Shown here: in pieces, positions 33,526 to 37,670 of the stretch | How the letters are laid out: the number at the start of each line of letters is the position of its first letter | How positions within the stretch are numbered: position 1 is the first letter of the stretch | Source of the DNA: a virus | Lineage: Duplodnaviria; Caudoviricetes | Strand: one strand, 5' to 3' | DNA: 37,670 nucleotides | Virus record (IMG/VR): IMGVR_UViG_3300046010_004318 | Location: 1-37,670 of that record | The notes under the pieces: generated by a model | The model's input: the letters and a program-made list of their open reading frames with translations, nothing else | Databases searched by the model: none | Told to the model about the DNA's origin: nothing | Made by a program: the position numbers and the translations under genes

Positions 33526-35837
33526 CCCTCTTTGATTACTTTACGGCGCTTGCGCCAGCCGGTGAGACGGCTCTTATTGTTAAGCAGATCGACACAGGCA
33601 AGCTGCATAAGGACGGCAAGCCAAAATACACTTGGCCGGCATATCTGCCGAAGCATAAGCGTAAAGAAGGCGAGAGCTGGTTCCTGAACACGGGCTCGTT
33701 CATCATGGATCGTATGCGCGACAAGCCGTCAGCGGCTATCGCTAATTGCACGCACGTTATGTTCTTGATGCTGGACGACATTGGCGAAACAAAAGTCTAT
33801 GAAGACGAAACCGTCGTTATCAAAACGCCGCCGATCAAACCGACCGCCATCGTCGAGACTAGCGAAAACAGCTTCCAGTATTGGTTCGCCTATAGCGATC
33901 AGCCAACCGTAGAAGAACAGACCGCGTTTGTTAAGGCGCTGGCGCGGGCTGGCTACACGGACAGAGGCGCGACTAACGCCGTGCGTAACTGCCGCCTGCC
34001 TGGGTCGGTTAATGTCAAGCCGGGTCGCGACGCTTTTACATGCCGTGAAGTAGAGTTTAATCCTGGCGTCGAATACTCATTGCCGGAATTGCTTGAGGCG
34101 TTCGGCATAACGCTTGAAGACATTGACACAGCCAAACAGATTACTTTCCGTGTGAAGGATACAGGCAACGACACGGTGCTGGCGTGGCTGAACGAGAACA
34201 GTCTCGTTCTGTCCGGCGTGAACGCAGAAGGCTGGTGCGGTGTTGTCTGCCCAAATCATGCGGAGCATACCGATGGCAATATCGAAGCGCGATACAAGCC
34301 GCAGGACCGTTCTTTCTGCTGTTATCATGGCCATTGCGTCGACCGTCTTGATAGCAAGTTTTTTTGCGATTGGGTGGCGGAACAGGGTGGCCCTCGCACC
34401 CTCCCCGGCTTGCGAGACGATCTCATTGCCGATTACACCAGCAAGATTAACAAACTGACGCCGACTGAAGAATTTCCTGACAAAGCGGCGCAGATCATTG
34501 CTGATGTCGAACGAGCGCAAGCGGGTCGTGAGGATCGTGACAAATGGCATAAACGCTTTGCTTATATCATGGATGACGACGCTTACTTTGACCATGAGAC
34601 GGGCAATGAAATCAGCCGACGTGCGTTTAATGCAATCTTTAAAGGCGTTCATTGCATATCAACGGCGGGCAATAAGCCGCGCAAACTAGAGGCGTCATCT
34701 TGGTATGATGAAAACCGCGAGGCTTGCGGCGGTTTTGTCCTTAAAGGGATGACCTACGCTTCTGGCGATGATTGGAAGGTTCACAAGGACGGGATGGTCT
34801 ATGGCAATCTTTGGCGCAACGCTAGGCCGAAGGTCGAGAGCGGCGGCGATCCGCAGCTCTGGATCGACCATTGCCGTAAACTTGTGCCGGATGAGCGTGA
34901 GCTAGAGCATATATGGAACGTGATGGCGGTAAAGGTTCAGCAACCGCGCACGAAGATCAATCACGCGGTTTTGCATGGCGGCAACGGCGGCATTGGCAAG
35001 GACACCATGTGGTATCCGATGCTCTGGGCTGTCGGAGGCGACAGCATGACCAATGTTAAGATCATCGACGGCGACAAGATCAACAGCGACTTTGGTTATC
35101 ATTACCAGACTGAGGTGATGGTATTGAACGAGCTGAAAGAGCCGGAGGCGAAAGAACGTCGGGCGCTTGCCAACAAGCTCAAGCCGGTCATCGCCGCGCC
35201 GCCGGAGATGCTGACAGTCAACCGTAAAAGCCTGCATCCATATGAAATGCCAAATCGTCTGTTCGTGCTGGCGTTCACCAATGAAGCCATGCCGATTACC
35301 TTAGATTCGGATGACAGACGCTGGTTTTGCGTCTGGTCTGACGCGCCGGCACTAACGGAAGCTGAAACGCGGCGGATCTGGGATTGGTATAAAACTGGCG
35401 GCTTTGAGGCTGTAACTTGGTGGCTGAAGCAGCGCGACGTGTCGGCGTTCAACCCGAAGGCCATACCGTTCCGCACGGAATATAAAGAACGGCTGATCTA
35501 TACTGGCATGAGCAATGCCGAAGGTTATATTTTCCACTTGATCGAAAAGCAGGAGTCGCCGTTTAAGACCGACATTATCTCAGGCCCGTGGCACGTCATC
35601 CTCAAGGAGTTGTCACAGGGCGCGCCGGACAATCTGCGGACAAAGATGGTGCAGCCGGCGTTGTTTCATGCACTCAAAGAGGCAGGGTGGGTTGACAAGG
35701 GGCTTTGTGGGTCGCCAGAGCATAAGTCCAAGCGGCACATATTCGTGCGGCCAGATCTGGCGCAGTTGCCCAAGGCGCAGTTACGCAATATGGTCGAGCC
35801 GGATTGGAAAGATAATGTCGTCTCACTTAAGAATTGA
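33522..35837 (+). CDS. Primase-helicase (RepB-like primase, Zn finger, SF3/DUF5906 NTPase)
   Basis: LDD, ETS..FQYW and RLPGS..KP primase motifs; CPNH..H..C.HGHC; Walker A GNGGIGKD; FTN and DDRRW. Confidence 0.88.
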   Translation: MTLFDYFTALAPAGETALIVKQIDTGKLHKDGKPKYTWPAYLPKHKRKEGESWFLNTGSFIMDRMRDKPSAAIANCTHVMFLMLDDIGETKVYEDETVVIKTPPIKPTAIVETSENSFQYWFAYSDQPTVEEQTAFVKALARAGYTDRGATNAVRNCRLPGSVNVKPGRDAFTCREVEFNPGVEYSLPELLEAFGITLEDIDTAKQITFRVKDTGNDTVLAWLNENSLVLSGVNAEGWCGVVCPNHAEHTDGNIEARYKPQDRSFCCYHGHCVDRLDSKFFCDWVAEQGGPRTLPGLRDDLIADYTSKINKLTPTEEFPDKAAQIIADVERAQAGREDRDKWHKRFAYIMDDDAYFDHETGNEISRRAFNAIFKGVHCISTAGNKPRKLEASSWYDENREACGGFVLKGMTYASGDDWKVHKDGMVYGNLWRNARPKVESGGDPQLWIDHCRKLVPDERELEHIWNVMAVKVQQPRTKINHAVLHGGNGGIGKDTMWYPMLWAVGGDSMTNVKIIDGDKINSDFGYHYQTEVMVLNELKEPEAKERRALANKLKPVIAAPPEMLTVNRKSLHPYEMPNRLFVLAFTNEAMPITLDSDDRRWFCVWSDAPALTEAETRRIWDWYKTGGFEAVTWWLKQRDVSAFNPKAIPFRTEYKERLIYTGMSNAEGYIFHLIEKQESPFKTDIISGPWHVILKELSQGAPDNLRTKMVQPALFHALKEAGWVDKGLCGSPEHKSKRHIFVRPDLAQLPKAQLRNMVEPDWKDNVVSLKN

Positions 35838-36015
35838 TGCGATCTTTATGAACGTCTTGGCGAATTTAACCGACCAGCTTGATCTTTACCTTGACTGGGC
35901 GGCGACGCCGGGGGATGATGAGTGTCCCCCGGAGATCGTCGAGGGGCTATGTCACGCCCATGAGACGGCCCGCGAGTTGCTGGAGGGCCTGGGCTATGGT
36001 CAGTCTCGTTCGTGA
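35815..36015 (+). CDS. Hypothetical acidic protein
   Basis: C-terminal part of ORF 35668..36015; start at 35815 or 35848. Confidence 0.55.
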   Translation: MSSHLRIDAIFMNVLANLTDQLDLYLDWAATPGDDECPPEIVEGLCHAHETARELLEGLGYGQSRS

Positions 36016-36245
36016 TCTGTTGATTGCCGCCGGTGCATTGCTGCTAGAATACGGACTCGCCGGTTTTCGTCCTGAACCTCGTCTAGCGCCCATTCGAGCG
36101 CGTTCCGTAGACGGGTGCTTTCGTCGACAGCCGCCGCAATAGTCCACTGGGCACGCTGGCGAGCCTCTTGATAGCCTTTTAGATACGCCTCAGAGACTTC
36201 CTGCTGTAGCGCCTTTAGACGCTGCTCGAACTCCGCTTCGGTCAT
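36000..36245 (-). CDS. Hypothetical coiled-coil protein (MTEAEFEQRLKALQQEV...)
   Basis: AGGTG RBS before the ATG at 36245. Confidence 0.7.
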   Translation of the reverse strand: MTEAEFEQRLKALQQEVSEAYLKGYQEARQRAQWTIAAAVDESTRLRNALEWALDEVQDENRRVRILAAMHRRQSTDHERD

Positions 36246-36255
36246 GGCAGCACCT

Positions 36256-36279
36256 AAAAAGAAGCCGGCTTGCGCCGGC
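36256..36279 (-). terminator. Intrinsic terminator
   Basis: GCCGGC-GCAA-GCCGGC followed by TTCTTTTT on the - strand. Confidence 0.8.
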
Positions 36280-36336
36280 CTAGTCACCATAGGGAGGAAA
36301 CGTGCAATGAAAGTGATACATGGCACAAAAGGGTCT

Positions 36337-36537
36337 TTAGCAGACGCCCTGCCCCATGTAAAGCAGATCAAACCGTCTGACGATTTCCTGTTCGGTTAAA
36401 ACGGGATGCTCCTCGGCCCTTGGGTCGAGACGCTTGTATAGCTGCCACAGGGAGCGGTTCACCTGATAGCAGGGCAGATCCACCGGACAGTCCGGCACTA
36501 TGGCGCCATAGGCTTCTAATTGCTCTTCGAACGTCAT
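36337..36537 (-). CDS. Hypothetical protein
   Basis: 66-aa ORF with AGGGA RBS. Confidence 0.7.
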   Translation of the reverse strand: MTFEEQLEAYGAIVPDCPVDLPCYQVNRSLWQLYKRLDPRAEEHPVLTEQEIVRRFDLLYMGQGVC

Positions 36538-36541
36538 TATT

Positions 36542-36880
36542 TCAGTTCCCTACTAATACCGCATCGTCAGGCACAGGCACTGTGAATTTCCAACCCTGTA
36601 GCGTCTGATAAACGCGAGCGCAGCCATTGGTTTCCATGTTCCAGATGAGTATTTCATCTTTTGGATCATTGTTTGCTTTTATCTCGTCAACGGTAAAAAA
36701 GCGTCCGTGCTGACCTCCTAAAAAGTAATGCTTGCCTTCCAGCTCAAAACTGTAAGGGCGCGCATTGTATCGCTGAATGATCGACTCAGCTTCTTTTACC
36801 GCTTCTTCGACAGAGGCGACTTCGATTTTATTCGTTTCGGCAACGAATGTGCCGGGGCTATAGAAGGTTGCTATCGGCAT
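36542..36880 (-). CDS. Hypothetical protein flanked by 12-bp direct repeats
   Basis: 112-aa ORF; CATTATTTCAGT at 36535-36546 and 36878-36889. Confidence 0.75.
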   Translation of the reverse strand: MPIATFYSPGTFVAETNKIEVASVEEAVKEAESIIQRYNARPYSFELEGKHYFLGGQHGRFFTVDEIKANNDPKDEILIWNMETNGCARVYQTLQGWKFTVPVPDDAVLVGN

Positions 36881-36948
36881 TATTTCAGTCCTAGCAAGAG
36901 TTCGATTAGGACGACCAAGACTAACACGAAAATATTATCGTTCTTCAT
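36880..36948 (-). CDS. 22-aa hydrophobic peptide (MKNDNIFVLVLVVLIELLLGLK)
   Basis: Translated manually; overlaps the upstream gene end and is TAATG-coupled downstream. Confidence 0.5.
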   Translation of the reverse strand: MKNDNIFVLVLVVLIELLLGLK

Positions 36949-37180
36949 ACCGTTTGATCCCGTGCATTATGGTGGTGTGGTCGCGCCCGCCTAACACTTG
37001 GCCGATTAGTTGGAGCGGGGCGTTCAACTCGTGCCGTGCGCGCCACATCACCTCGAACCGGGGCCAGATGACCCCTCGCCGGCGGTTATGGCCAATTAAC
37101 AGGTCGGTGGAGATGTTATGCTTGTGGGCCGTCTCCGCTATCAGTTCCTGTATGTCCTCTATCAGCGCTTGTTTTCGCAT
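36935..37180 (-). CDS. Stand-alone DnaA C-terminal (domain IV) HTH protein
   Basis: L..IGQVLGGRDHTTIMHGIKR matches the DnaA signature IG..FGGRDHTTV. Confidence 0.8.
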   Translation of the reverse strand: MRKQALIEDIQELIAETAHKHNISTDLLIGHNRRRGVIWPRFEVMWRARHELNAPLQLIGQVLGGRDHTTIMHGIKRYEER

Positions 37181-37364
37181 GTTTTAAACTCTTGAACATG
37201 AAATTAAGGGCGTGCGCCGCCGTGACGATAGAGCGTTCGTCCGCATAAGGCGCATGGATTTTCATTATGAGGGTGCCGTCGCGCCTGTGCAGCGACAGCC
37301 CCTCCCCGGTGCGCCAGCGGGTCGTGATCCCGCCGGGTTCGGTGTCGAGATCAAGCCGGAGCAT
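37116..37364 (-). CDS. Hypothetical early protein
   Basis: 82-aa ORF in the coupled operon; 5' part duplicated at 1-151. Confidence 0.7.
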   Translation of the reverse strand: MLRLDLDTEPGGITTRWRTGEGLSLHRRDGTLIMKIHAPYADERSIVTAAHALNFMFKSLKHAKTSADRGHTGTDSGDGPQA

Positions 37365-37503
37365 GGCCGCGCGCCGCTAGTTCGTTTTGTATAATTTTCG
37401 CGCGGTAATCGTCCTGTTCTGTCTCAAGTAGGATGTTAAGCGCTTCGTCAGACAGCCAGTGTAAGAGTTGCGAGAACTCAAAATAATCTTTCATGCGGCT
37501 CAT
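37351..37503 (-). CDS. Small hypothetical protein, allele B (MSRMKDYFEFSQLL...)
   Basis: Allele of 138-281; TAATG-coupled to the upstream peptide gene. Confidence 0.8.
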   Translation of the reverse strand: MSRMKDYFEFSQLLHWLSDEALNILLETEQDDYRAKIIQNELAARGHAPA

Positions 37504-37598
37504 TATAGACCCCCCAGGATATAGGTTAAGAAGAAGAACACGGCGGGGACGGCGAGCGCTGCCCCCAGTGCGGCGGCGATTAGGTCAATCTTGTTCAT
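37503..37598 (-). CDS. 31-aa membrane peptide, allele B (MNKIDLIAAALGAALAVPAVFFFLTYILGGL)
   Basis: Allele of 826-921; the substitutions are hydrophobic-for-hydrophobic. Confidence 0.7.
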   Translation of the reverse strand: MNKIDLIAAALGAALAVPAVFFFLTYILGGL

Positions 37599-37670
37599 AG
37601 TCCTCTATACACTTTTCCGCGACATGGTCGCTGGTTTCGAGTTGCACGACGATTAGGGCATAGAGCGGGT

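Larger units (their letters stand above)
37214..37670. repeat. Terminal duplication, allele B (no methyltransferase)
   Basis: Homologous to 1-993 with identical ends and a diverged, shorter middle. Confidence 0.95.

Noticed and set aside
37214-37670. Diversity-generating retroelement template/variable repeat pair
   Set aside because: The differences are not adenine-specific, are mostly synonymous, and no reverse transcriptase is encoded
1-37670. Alternative genetic code or genome-wide stop-codon reassignment
   Set aside because: All core genes are full length in the standard code and use TAA, TGA and TAG as stops

Overview
The window is an essentially complete (about 37 kb) tailed dsDNA phage genome of podovirus type. 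The + strand carries a P22-like morphogenesis module at about 3.5-26.0 kb: terminase small and large subunits, portal, scaffold, P22-type coat protein, gp4/gp10-like tail hub, a beta-helix tailspike, an S74-chaperoned fibre, three ejection proteins and a lysis cassette. An APSE-like replication module lies at about 26-35.8 kb: SNF2 helicase and VRR-NUC nuclease on the - strand; Cas4-like exonuclease, SSB, family A DNA polymerase and primase-helicase on the + strand. A - strand array of small early genes wraps across the window ends. I found no integrase, CI-type repressor, RNA polymerase, tRNA or CRISPR array. The two ends (1-993 and 37214-37670) are two diverged alleles of the same locus, one with and one without a short cytosine methyltransferase gene. 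Other notable points are a TraB/Tiki-like gene wedged between terS and terL, two DnaA-domain-IV proteins together with DnaA-box-like motifs at early promoters, a lysis cassette whose i-spanin appears reduced to an in-frame tail behind a stop codon, and a small H-type pseudoknot in front of the scaffold RBS. All family assignments come from motif recognition by eye, not database searches. An alphaproteobacterial host is only a guess from gene content.
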